Origin: Macrostomum lignano
Lineage: Eukaryota
Assembly (NCBI GenBank): GCA_002269645.1
Contig: NIVC01004977.1
Span: 1-29,701 of the forward strand
Length of the DNA: 29,701 nt
Direction of reading: 5' to 3'
Shown: positions 15,483 to 26,700 of the stretch, piece after piece
Numbering within the stretch: the stretch's first letter is position 1
Layout: each line of letters starts with the position of its first letter
The notes under the pieces: model-generated
Database searches by the model: none
Seen by the model: only the letters and a program-made list of their open reading frames with translations
Told to the model about the DNA's origin: nothing
Made by a program: the position numbers and the translations under genes

Positions 15483-15918
15483 CACTCGAGACTCGGTAGA
15501 TTAAATGGAGCAGTCCTTTGAAGTGAAGCGCTCATAGATTCTATTTTGCAGAAGAGCGTAGAAGCACTGATAATTTGTGGCTGTAACAAAATTTTGGCTG
15601 CTTCTGGTGTAACGCGCCCAGAGCTTCAACTTTTATACACGTTCATGCATGTGTTTAAATCTGTGCACGCATCTGCGCTAGCTCGTAAAAGTAGATATAA
15701 GTTACAGCAGTGGAAGCCTCAGTCTTTTGGTAACACATCTGCCGTGTCTGCACACTTGTGCACTGCAGCACTTCACGGACTCCATCATGCTTAAGTCTTA
15801 CTCATCATTTCGTGAGATTCTATGATTCTGAGTCAGCTATAATTCACGAAACTGCCATTCTAATACTTGCATACTCAATGATACTTACATGCACAACAAC
15901 AACAACAACAACAACAAG

Positions 15919-17525
15919 ATCCTTGCTCGCACTCAAGATGCGCTCCAGAAGATCGAACAGTGGGCAGATCACCTGCGCATTGACCTTAATCCATCCAAGA
16001 CCGAGTGCTGCCTCTACACTGTCTACAGCCACTCGATCCCCTCCAAGAAAGAACTGAAGTTCCTCGGGGTGTGGATAGACCATGGCCTCCTTTTTGATAA
16101 GCACTCCAACGCAGTCAAAGAGAAGATGACACGCAGAACCGCCATCATCCGCGCGCTCGCCCATCGCGAATGGGGCTGGGACCGCGCCCTGCTCCTCCGG
16201 GTTTATCGAGCACTCGTCGAATCTGTGGTCTGGCACGCTGCTGCTGCCTGACTCCATGGCTGTCCAGTACCCGCCTCGACGACCTGGACCGCGCTCAAAG
16301 AGAATCCCTCAGAGCCATCACGGGATTGCCACGCTCGACACCGGTGGAAGCCATCTATATGGAAACCAACGTCAGCCCGATCAGCCTCGAAGCCCGCCGT
16401 AGGGCCCTGATGGCCTACGAGAAAGCAAACCGCCGACCGGCCGACGATCCGTTCCGGCAGATCTGTGACAGGCAACTCAACACCCGGCTAGCGGCCAACA
16501 AAGGGCTACGAGAGCAAGCCAGAGCCATCTGCAACGCTATGATCCCTCTCCCGCGTCTGCCTATACCTACGACCCGCAACCCCCATGGGACTCGCTGGTT
16601 GATTGCGGGGTGCAGATGTTCACCAAACTCCCCGAGCATGAAGGATCTGCGACCGAGGCAGTGCTCTCCGCGATTGAGCAGCGTTGTCCCGATGCAGCCC
16701 TCTACTTCACTGACGGTTCGGTCTCAGGAGGCACCACCAACGGGGGATCGGCCTGGATCCTCCTCCGCAAAGAAGACGGCATTATCATCCGCAGAGGGCA
16801 CGCGGCAGCAGGCCGATGGTGCAATTCCTACGAGGCCGAGCTAAATGCCATCACTCTCGCGCTCCAGGACATCATCGATTCCGCTCCCGCCTGCGCCGCC
16901 ATCCTCACGGACAGTCAAAGTGCCATTACCGCCATCCAAGCCGACCGGCCCACACTGAACGCGAGGCTCGAACTAGCGAAGGCCCTCCTCGTGACTGCGG
17001 CCCATAGGACCAAACTTACGCTGCTCTGGGTGCCCGGGCATTCGGGGGTGCACGGCAATGAACTCGTCGACACAGAAGCTAAAGTCGCAGCGACTCTCTG
17101 TCAAGGTCAGGTGCTCATCTCGCTCCCCCGCCTCCAAGGAGCGGATCTACCATCACCTTAGGTATCAGCCCGACCTGCCAGGACACCTGGAGGTATACCG
17201 CACCCCGGTGTCCCCAGGAACGGGCACTCGTCGGCAGCGGACGCTTATATCCCAAGTCAGATCCGGCCATTGTCCAGAATCATCCTACTATCGTCACCGA
17301 ACAGGCATCGCCGAAGGAGGGCCATGCCGGCTATGCAATCAACCGACTGAGCAGTTCCATATTCTCCATTGTCCTAAGCTCGAACCTACTAGACGCACCA
17401 TCGGCGTCACTAGCATTGGTGACCTTGCACGAGGAGAAGTAGTGGCGCAGCTCCTGGGGGCCATCGACTGGCGGCCCCTCTGAGCTCATCTCCGCAAACA
17501 ACAACAACAAAAACAACAACAACAA
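15919..17525 (+). mobile_element. 5'-truncated, frameshifted non-LTR retrotransposon (I/Nimb/Ingi-like): RT C-terminus, RNase H, Cys/His knuckle, (CAA)n tail
   Basis: LNPSKTE..KFLGVWID..WGW; ITGLPRSTPVEAIYMETNV; RNase H YFTDGS..EAEL..ILTDSQS..WVPGHSGVHGNELVD; CRLCNQPTEQFHILHCP. Stop at 17481-17483, then a CAA-rich tail. At least 3 frameshifts. Confidence 0.9.
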
Positions 17526-17539
17526 GACACGCTGTCAAA

Positions 17540-17940
17540 GATGTTGTTAGAAGGTAGCATCACAGAGCGCGCCTCTCGGACAGGTCGGGAACGAAAGCTG
17601 CGCCGCCGACCGAATCCGGAACGCCAGCGTCAGCCGACATACGAAATGCCGAGTGCGCGCCTGTCCCCGCCGATAGGGTGCCTGCACCTCCGGCACGGGA
17701 TGTGGGCAGTACGACTCGGCGCGTATGATGTGTGTGACCTGGCAGCCGGAGTCCCTGAAAGCACAACAGATCACTTGGGCGGACCAAGGCCAGGGCGGCG
17801 ATACAGTGCTGAGTTTGAAACATCTCAAGCGTCTTCTTGTGGCTCGAGCGAGTCCGTCAGCGTCTAGGTCTCAGCGTTGTACAGCAAGACGGTCTCCACC
17901 ACCGCCTGGAATAGTTCCGCCCTCGGGCCTCGGAGGTAGG
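17540..17940 (-). mobile_element. 3' fragment of an RTE-like non-LTR retrotransposon
   Basis: Minus-strand peptide RAELFQAVVETVLLYNAET*TLTDSLE...HIIRAESYCP is typical of the post-RT region of RTE-clade elements. It is nearly identical to 28487-28540. Confidence 0.7.
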
Positions 17941-19131
17941 ACCTCGGATTGCAGGACTGGCTTCACAGAACAAAAGTCAGTCGAGGCAATGACTGTGATT
18001 AAAGATTTTACTCCTCTCGCTCCTCTATATTTATACTAATTTAAGCGGCTCCCTACTGGAGGGCGCCTAGTCCAATAAAATCTAGTAAAGTATAGTAAAA
18101 AAGTCTAGTAATCTAGCATAGTAAAAAAATACATATACATAACTACAGAATTACAGAATTCCACAATATGACGCTGTTGTGAACACTACGGCCAATACCA
18201 AAAGTCAGGATCAACTTTGTGCGTAACTAACTGAAAAAAGTGAGTATACTCGTAGTCATACAAAATCCTTGAAATTCAGATAGCATCGGAAATATTTTAA
18301 CACTCACATGCATTGATTCATAAAGTGCATACCAATAAGAGTAACCTATGTAACTCCAAAATACTAAATATCAGTAGGAATACCAAGCCATTTTCCACCC
18401 GTCGAACTACCCGGCCCTGACAATTTTTTCTGTGCCGGAACGGAGCAAAGCAGGCACACGAAATGCAAACAGACGAGTGAACTTTTGTTGTGCACATTCT
18501 CAAACAATATAAAATAGGATTTTTCCCATAAGCGCAGTGATTTAATACACCCCTGTGCTTCAATCAGCACTGTGCCTCAGTGCAGCCTTGCCAAGCCTCA
18601 AGGTGTAAAAGTTAGCCCGTGTTCATGAATCTCGTGTGCCTTGCTTTCCTCCGTTCCGGCGCAGCAAAAAGATTGTCTGAGGGATTCCTCTCTGATACGA
18701 GCGTGTTACGGATCTGTACGATTTTTATTTTAGAAAGGAAACGGCTCCATCGAGAATCACCAAACTAAAAATTTTCAGGATTTGTTACATATGCTTTTTA
18801 AGCTATTCATATAATGCAGATTGCTCAATGCTGCACAGTGAATATAACTGGGCATAGCACTGCATTGCCTTGAACGGAATATCTAAAATTGCCCAGACTT
18901 AACAAGAATCGATTTGATTTAACAATGCCTTTGAAATAAAAAGCTGGGGTTTTCAGAGCCAATGCTTTCCTGCTTTAAACATATATCGAAGAGAAATTTA
19001 CAATTGTGACAACTCCAAAGGTATACATAGGTAGGTACTGAAAAATTTTGGGAATTGAAATCGTCTGACAAGGATAAAAAATCTCTGTATTGTAAAACGA
19101 CCTGAGCGTGTCTCATTTTACTTGACGATCA

Positions 19132-22100
19132 CTAGTCAGTAGCCTCACCAGCTTGGACTCTAGTGGCCTCACCAGCTTGTACTCCACCAGCCTCACCAGC
19201 TTGTACTCCAGTGGCCTCGCCAGCTTGGTCTCCAGAGGCCTCACCAGCTTGTACTCCAGTGGCCTCACTAGCTTGTATCCCAGTGGCCTCACCAGCTTGG
19301 ACTCCAGTGGCCTCACTAGCTTGTACTCCAGTGGCCTCGCCAGCTTGTACTCCAGTGGCCTCACTAGCTTGTACTCCAGTGGCCTCACTAACTTGTACTC
19401 CAGTGGCCTCGCCAGCTTGTACTCCAGTGGCCTCGCCAGCTTGTACTACAGTGGCCTCGCCAGCTTGTACTACAGTGGCCTCGCCAGCTTGTACTCCAGT
19501 GGCCTCACCAGCTTGTACTCCAGTGGCCTTGCCAGCTTGTACTCCAGTGGCCTCGCCAGCTTGTACTCTAGTGGCCTCGCCAGCTTGGTCTCCAGTAGCT
19601 TCACCAGCTTGTATTACAGTGGCCTCACTAGCTTGGACTCCAGCAGCCTCACCAGATTGTACTCCAGTAGCCTCACCAGCTCGAACTCCATTGGAGAAAA
19701 CGGCCCACGTCTCCTCAGCGAACTCCGCTGCCAGGTGCGCCACATCGTACGCCGTCTTTCGGCACACTCCGCCTCCCGACCAATCAGATTTGAGCTGCTG
19801 ATTGAGCTCTTTCACCAGGATCTCAGTCGAGTGCTTCTCGTTGTTAACCAGGTAGACCCAGCGGACAATCCAGCTGTCCTCACTTGATAGAATTCTGTGC
19901 TCACGACTCACCATGAAGTTGAATATGTCTCTGGTGTCTCTCGATTGGTGAAAGTTTTTACGAGTATCCTTATCAATTCGCTTTGATTCTTCTAGCAGGC
20001 ATTTTTGCACGTTTTCAAGCGTTACAGTATCGTTCTTGAGCAGCTTCATCAGCGACTCGAGCTCGAATGCCTTCCGCTCTGTCTCGGAACTAAGCTGGTT
20101 GAACTGCCTTTTATAGTCGCCTCCAAGCTGCTTCTTAAACTGGCCAAACGCGTGAGGATATGAGAACTCTCGACCCGATCCCTTAAGCCGAACTGCCAGC
20201 GACCGATCGAGGACTTCCTTCGCCTCTTTCAGCACCGAGACGATCATGTTGTTCATTTCTTGAACTTCTCTACCAGTCTCCTTCATCTGCAGCTTCGTCA
20301 TGAGAAATCGATTCGATCTCATGAGGTTTCCGCGATCGCCGGCGCCTTCAGCTGACCGAGTCGAGCCCGCTTTGCTCGTTAGCAGATTGAGCTCCAAGAA
20401 CTCAGCGATTCTGAGCTTTCCAGACTTCTTTAAATCGTCCAAATCCGATTCAGTTTCAATAAAGAAGCTGTTGGAATCATCTATAGTGAGTTCGATCTTG
20501 GTGCACAGCTCGTACAACTCTCGGCGGAAGAACAGCGGGTCTTTTCCAGCTTGAGCTGATGGTGACGCATCCGCCATCACCCTTTCGGCAGTTTTCTGTT
20601 CGGACTTTCGACGCTCGAGAATTTCGAGAATTTGAGGAGCCGCATCGCGACATCCGCACTCGAGGCACTCCTGAAAATGTTTTAGATCAGCCTCGGGATT
20701 CTCTAGAAGTGACTGAGCCAGCAGTTTGTTTTTACTTTCATGCTCATCTGGAAGCTTCCTAAAACAGTCTACTGCGGCATCGAAGTTTCTGTTCTTCATT
20801 AGAAAGCGACCAAGGTGCTCCAGAGCGAACTCATTACCTTCATCTCGTTCTAATGCGGTTCTGTAAAGCGATTCGATGTCCAGCTTCTTCCTAAATGTGC
20901 CAAACAGAGAAGCAAACCATGCCAAGTACTCTTCTCTGCCTTCTTTTAAACGAAAAAGATCCTCAAAGAAGGCCTGTTTCTTTGCGTAAAACACCATTTC
21001 TAAACTGGACTGGGCCTCTACAGCAGCGATGCACGACTCTATAGCTTCGTCCGTATCACCCTGCTTCATCAAATACAAAGCCTTGCTAAACAGAATAACT
21101 GCCACATCTTTGTTATACATTGAAAATATCTGACGAAGTTAGTCGAAGTGAGCTACAGATTTATCTTTGCCTAAACTTTCGCTCTGCAGTTCCAGAAGTT
21201 TCAGCTCGATCCAAAGATTACCAGGTGCAGCTGCGACTTCTTGGCCTTTTTTTAGCAGTTGCATTGCTTCATCTGTACTCCCGATTTCGCAGGCTGCACC
21301 CGCCATCTCCAAGTAAAATCCGGAGTCGCTTATTGAAAAGTCAGAACTTTTTACATCGTCCAGTAGAGCCTTTTTTTGCTGGTCAAAACTTTCTTTTGTT
21401 CGCCAATTCAGATGCCGAAATATTTTTGCGCACACAACGTACATGAATAACGAATGCTCTTTGAAGCTCTTCGGGCTTTGCAGAAACATGTTGGTAGCTT
21501 TTTCAACGAGCTGGCAACACAATTCGTGGTTTACATTGTGAAGAATTGCTTCTGCATAGTTGGCATAAAAAATGGAGGTTGTGAGATTCTTCTTCTCCCC
21601 AATCTCTCTGGCGGTGCGCCACAGCTCCAACAATTCACTGTCGGCCTGCTTTTTTGCCGTCTGCCTGTTGCACCGAGCCTTTAAAAATGCCTCACCATAA
21701 AGCCAATAAAAGTTTTCTGGTTGTATTTCTTTGGCCTTGGAAAAAGCCTCAACACCAATAGCATACTTTTTGGGTCCGAAACAGTCAAAAGTGACGCCTT
21801 TGACGCCGAAGACTTGAGCTCGTTTGTTAGAGTCATTCCACAGACTGCTGAGCTCGCGAAGTTCCTGTGCAAGTGAGTCCTCTTCACGCTTCTGGAACTT
21901 TTTACTTGTATTTCCGCGCATCTTTTTGAGGTGCAATATGTCAGCTCTGATAACATACTCGCTGGATACGTGCAGGTCAGTCTGATTGTCTGACTGAATT
22001 TGAGCATCAATGCGTCGCGCCTCATCCAGGAGTTCTTGCGCTCTGACGAAATCCACGCGCGTCTTTTGGGTATGTAGGTATGCCAGCGTAGTGAGGTAGG

Positions 22101-22233
22101 CGACCTTCTTGTGAGGCTCTCTTTTGATCTTTCGTTCTGTGGTCTTGATCACGTCTTCGATGTTGACTTTTGTACTTTCCTCGTCAGGACGCCAAGTAAA
22201 GTGACACTCCAGCTGGTCCAAGGACTCAACCAT
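19132..22233 (-). CDS. IFIT-like tetratricopeptide-repeat protein with C-terminal extension; single 1034-codon frame interrupted by one TAA (21139-21141)
   Basis: N-terminal SLDQLECHFTW is the IFIT CHFTW signature. FSKAKEIQPENFYWLYGEAFLKAR aligns without gaps to human IFIT1 FEKVLEVDPENPESSAGYAISAYR (recalled sequence). Further TPR-like helices follow. ORFs 21139..22233 and 19132..21120 are in the same frame (GAC TAA CTT CGT CAG ATA TTT TCA ATG). Confidence 0.8.
19135..19686 (-). repeat. 24-bp coding minisatellite, 23 copies, encoding VQAGEATG
   Basis: Unit gtacaagctggcgaggccactgga on the minus strand, with no indels; the ORF stops immediately after the last copy. Confidence 0.93.
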
Positions 22234-22247
22234 CGTAGCAGCGGACC

Positions 22248-22256
22248 CTGTGAAAC
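22248..22256 (-). promoter_or_regulatory. Candidate 3' splice (or trans-splice) acceptor 14 nt upstream of the IFIT-like ATG
   Basis: tttcacag| followed by GGTCCGCTGCTACG ATG, preceded by an AT-rich intron-like tract. Confidence 0.4.
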
Positions 22257-23799
22257 TTTTGGGTACAAAATTTGCTTTCAGTCGTCTAAGTAAGTTAAAG
22301 AAAATGTTTTTTTATTGTCCTGTATTGAAATATATGTTAGATTTATATTATCACTGAAAACATGCCAAATACCGAAGGGCGAAGGCGCACTTAATCGCAA
22401 ACCTACGAGCGTAGTACGAGGAGAGTCAGCACTACTTGCAATGCGAGTGTCTCGCTTCTCTTTACTCCAAGGCCTTTCTCTAACTGCGTCTTTTAAGCAA
22501 AAAAGATGAAGAATACGAGCTAGTTGAACACTTATGGGGGCAGATAGTGCGCACAAAATGCATCTTAAAAGCTGTGTCGGTTTTACAGTGCTGCCCTATG
22601 CATTGTTTGAGTTCAATTTGTTGTGTACTCTCTGCTTGCTTATGTGGTTCAGAGCAATTTTAGTGTTTGTGTACATAAATTTACAGGGACTGTTACAGTG
22701 ACAGGCGACAGCAAGCGCAAACACTCCAACCGCATACAATATTAATCATTGTTTTCTAAGAGCTGATCTAAAGTACATGTTCTCAGAATCAAAGCACGCA
22801 GGAAAGCTTGCTTTCGCCCGTTCTGTGCGTTCTGCGCGTCCATGCCTGATAAGGCTCAAGACTTCGTTGAGCATCCCTCGATGCGCGTAGAGTGTGCATA
22901 TGTCGTCGTAGACCTGAACACTGTCCTGCGTAGGTTTGAGCGGTCTCTGTTCGAGACGCGCATAAGAACGGAAACTTCCTGGAGGACTTCTCATGGACCT
23001 CTCCAGACTCTCCTGAAGAGGCAGGACATGGTGTCGGTCAACACCCGTTTTCGCAAGCCACCGGGAGGACTTTCAACTATGTGTGCTGCAAGCGAAGACG
23101 GCAAGAATGCGCGTGGCCGAAAAGCAACACAGAGGCAAACAGAACTCAAACATGTGCTTGTGCGCTTTTGGGAGCGCCGCCGCGCCGTTAACTGCCGAGT
23201 CCATCACGCGCGCTGACTCCTCGTCTCTCGGAGGCCTCAAATTCAATAACTCGATAGAAATATACTGTATAATAGCAGCCGGCAATAACACAGCTCTCAA
23301 TAATCGAATAACAAAGATTTGACCAAGGCTTACCGATCGATATAAGCTTCTCTCAGAGATTTAGCTCTCGTTCATGTTAGTTTGTCTCGAGTTCTCTTGA
23401 GGCTGCTTCGAGGCTGCTACGGTATGGATTTCAGCTCAGATTTTTCGCTTATATTTATACCCGTTTTGAGTCGACCTTGAGCTCAAACCGTTTTTTGATG
23501 AGTTTACGAAAGGACTTTATTTGACAGATGAGATTTTCGAAAAGAAGCAGTGAAACTTAGGTCAATTTAAGGTTAACGTTTACATTTTTTGCGAGTTCTA
23601 AAATTAAATGTTGCGAACCGGTTTTTCGCATAATGAAATTGTAATTCACTGTTTTCGTGATAATACTAACGCATGCAAGGTGGGTTCAGCACGCCTGTGT
23701 AGCATGAGACAGACCAGTCTGCGATCCTACACACCTGCACCCCTATATTCTGGTGCAGGAATATGTACGGTGCTGAAAAACCTGTTTATCTACATGGAG

Positions 23800-26700
23800 G
23801 ACGAGCGACCCCAGACACACCGGCACCGTGCCTGGATTTCGGCTCGCAGCTGCATCACCAAGGCCGACGAGCTGCGTCACCTGCTAGTGGCTACCAACCC
23901 GGCGCTACCGGCAAACGGTGTCGTAGTTCACAAGACCATCTCCAAGCCGGACGGAGATGGTTTCACGGCTATTCTAGGACTGTCGGATAGCTGGATGCTC
24001 CGCTATCCGGACATGTCCCTCATCTCTGTCGGGCTGATGCAGATTCAGCTCTTTAGCTTTGAGTCTGACGCCACCCGTCCACCGCCCCCGGAGAAGCGTA
24101 AGCGGGCGAGCGGGCACCGCCCGCGGAGAAGCGTAAGCGAGCGAGCGGGCACCGCCCGCGGAGAAGCGTAAGCGAGCGAGCGGGGGCTCTGCCGGGCGGA
24201 AACGCCCAGGAAAAGAAGCTCCCGGTCGTCACGACCCCTCCGAGGACGTGGACCCTGTCAGAGGGAAAGCCGCGAAAGCTGCAGCAACAGGCGGACGTGG
24301 AAAGGGCCGGAAACCCACCCGGAACACTATCCGCTCTGGTCTGACTCAGCGCGCGAAGCAGCTGCTGGACACCGCCAGGGCCCACAACCGCAGCAACCCC
24401 CAGCCCAATGTCACCACTGCCCCCCAGAAAACCGGGCTGAGAGCGAGAATGCCGCCCAGGTGGAGGCATCGCCCTCGACCATGGAGACCATCCGGAAGGA
24501 GCCCATGGAACTGGAGCCTGGAGCTATCGGCGAGGCAGAAGAGGTGGCTCTCCTGCACAACTCGCCCTGAGCCGGCAGGAAGCTGCGCGGACCACTCGTG
24601 GATTCCCCGGAGTGGACATCCTGCAGCTAAACCTACACCACTGCATCGCGGCCTCGACCAACCTGATGCGGGTGGCAAACTTTGCGAAACCGGGCATCAT
24701 CCTACTCCAGGAGCCCTGGACAAAGAAAGGTAAGATTCTGAATATTCCTGCTGGTTTTGACTGTTTTCAAGACCACCAAAACCCCAGAGCAGCCATGTTC
24801 GTGTCTACCCATCTCAAAGCTTGGCACAGACCGGACCTCTCTGACAGAGATCTCTGTGTGATTCAATTCAACCATATTATCACCAACCGCACGGTCATCA
24901 TCGCCTCGATCTATATCCCTGGCGATGGCCCCGCGGTTCCACCCAACCTCATCTCCCTCGTGGACTACTGCTCTAACTGTAGGTTCGAGCTGCTGGTGGC
25001 GGGCGACGTCAACGCTCACCACACCACTGGGGCAATAATACTTCCAACAGCAGAGGCGAGGAACTCCTTGCTTACATCTGCACCACCAATACTGAGTTTT
25101 GCAACATTGGTGGAACCCCCACCTTTGACAACGGGCGATGGACGGAGGCCCTCGACGTTACCCTCGTCTCCCATGGCTTGACTCCTTTAGTCAAGGACTG
25201 GGAGGTTTGGGACGAATAGGAATCTCTGTCTGACCATCGCTTCGTTCGTTTCCGATTGCAATCCTCTTGCCCCAAGCCTCACATCCTGTGGAAAAGGAAC
25301 GTCCGGAACACTGACTGGACGGCTTTCACGGAAACCCTGAAACGCCAGACAGATCAGCTGTTTACCGCCGCTCCAACCATCTGTCAGGAAGTGGATGACC
25401 TTGCAGACTTGCTCAGCAAGACCGTCCTGACAGCCCATGAGGCTTCCTGTCCTCTTAAAGCCTACAAAGGCACAATATCCGCCCCCTGTTTGCACCCGGC
25501 GCTTGGATCCCTCCGGCGCAAGGTAAAGCTTCCAACCGTAAGCTCGCAAGAGCAAGGACCCAGCTGACCTGGCCGCCTACCAAGAAGCGATCCGCGACTT
25601 TAAGCGTGAAACCAGGAAAGCCAAGTCCGACAAATGGCGCCAATACTGCGCGGAGTTAGAAGGCACCCGTCCTACTTCGCGCGTAGTTAAGGCTCTCACT
25701 CTTGACAAAATGTAAAAGCTCTCAGTTATTAAAAGACCGGACGGCCGGCTCGCTGAGAACCCTGGGGAATCGCTGGACATCATGCTCACCAGCTCTTTCC
25801 CACGTGCCGCACAGCAGCTAGGCCCACCGGACCACTCTCCGGGCGGACAGATCCTGGCTTCGACCATCATTACTAGAGAGAGGACGGCTCGCGCCGCAAA
25901 ATACTTCTCTCCTTTCAAGTCACCAGGATCTGACAACATTTATCCTGCCTTCCTCCATGAGGCAGTTATAAATGACAGGTTTCTCGGCCTCCTCTGCAAC
26001 CTCTTCAAGGCCAGCATTACCCTGGGTACGTGCCAAAAGCCTGGCAAGAGGCTACGGTAGTCTTCATACCCAAGCCAGGGAAGGGAGACTGATGGAACGG
26101 CTGGTGCTCTGGCGCCTTCTCCTCGTAGAGCTGAGGAACTCCCCGCTCTCCCTAACCAGCACGCCTTTCGTTCTGGACGCTCCATCGAAAGTGCGCTGCA
26201 CGCCATTGTCGACAAGCTGGAGCACGCCGTGCTTGGCAATGGATACGCGCTCTCGCTTTTCCTCGACATTGATGATGCTTTCAATAATGTGCTCTTTGAA
26301 GTCTTTAAGCGGGCCCTGGAATCCCGGGGCACGCACGAGCACCTCACTCGCTGGATCATGTACATGGTCTCCCATCGTACTGCCACCTCGCGCCTCCTGG
26401 GACACTCGCGCTCCGTGGAAGTCCAGAAAGGCGGACCGCAAGTCCTAAGCCCGAAGCCCGATCCTCTCCTAAGCCCGATCCTCTGGAATATAGTCATGGA
26501 CGAGCTGCTTTGCAGCCCGCATCCGGACCCAGTTTAGAAGGTCGGCTATGCGGATGATGTTACCGCCACTGTGGCTGGACCATCACCCGCGGTCCTCAGG
26601 GACTCCTTCAAGCCTTCATCCACCGTGCCGAACGCTGGGCACACAGCTGCGGTCTCAGGTTCTCTGAGTCTAAAACCGTGGCTATCATGTTCACCAGCCG

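Noticed and set aside
18318-18570. Short Cys-containing minus-strand ORFs downstream of the IFIT-like gene
   Set aside because: No recognisable motif and no convincing splice or phase support.
19153-19887. Plus-strand ORFs (SGLASLYS)n and (PVASPACT)n
   Set aside because: They are alternative readings of the 24-bp repeat; only the minus frame is continuous with a larger protein.
22746-23100. Minus-strand ORF with a TPR-like helix (DDICTLYAHRGMLNEVLSLI) upstream of the IFIT-like gene
   Set aside because: I could not link it by compatible splice sites or align it to the IFIT-like protein; the resemblance is too weak.
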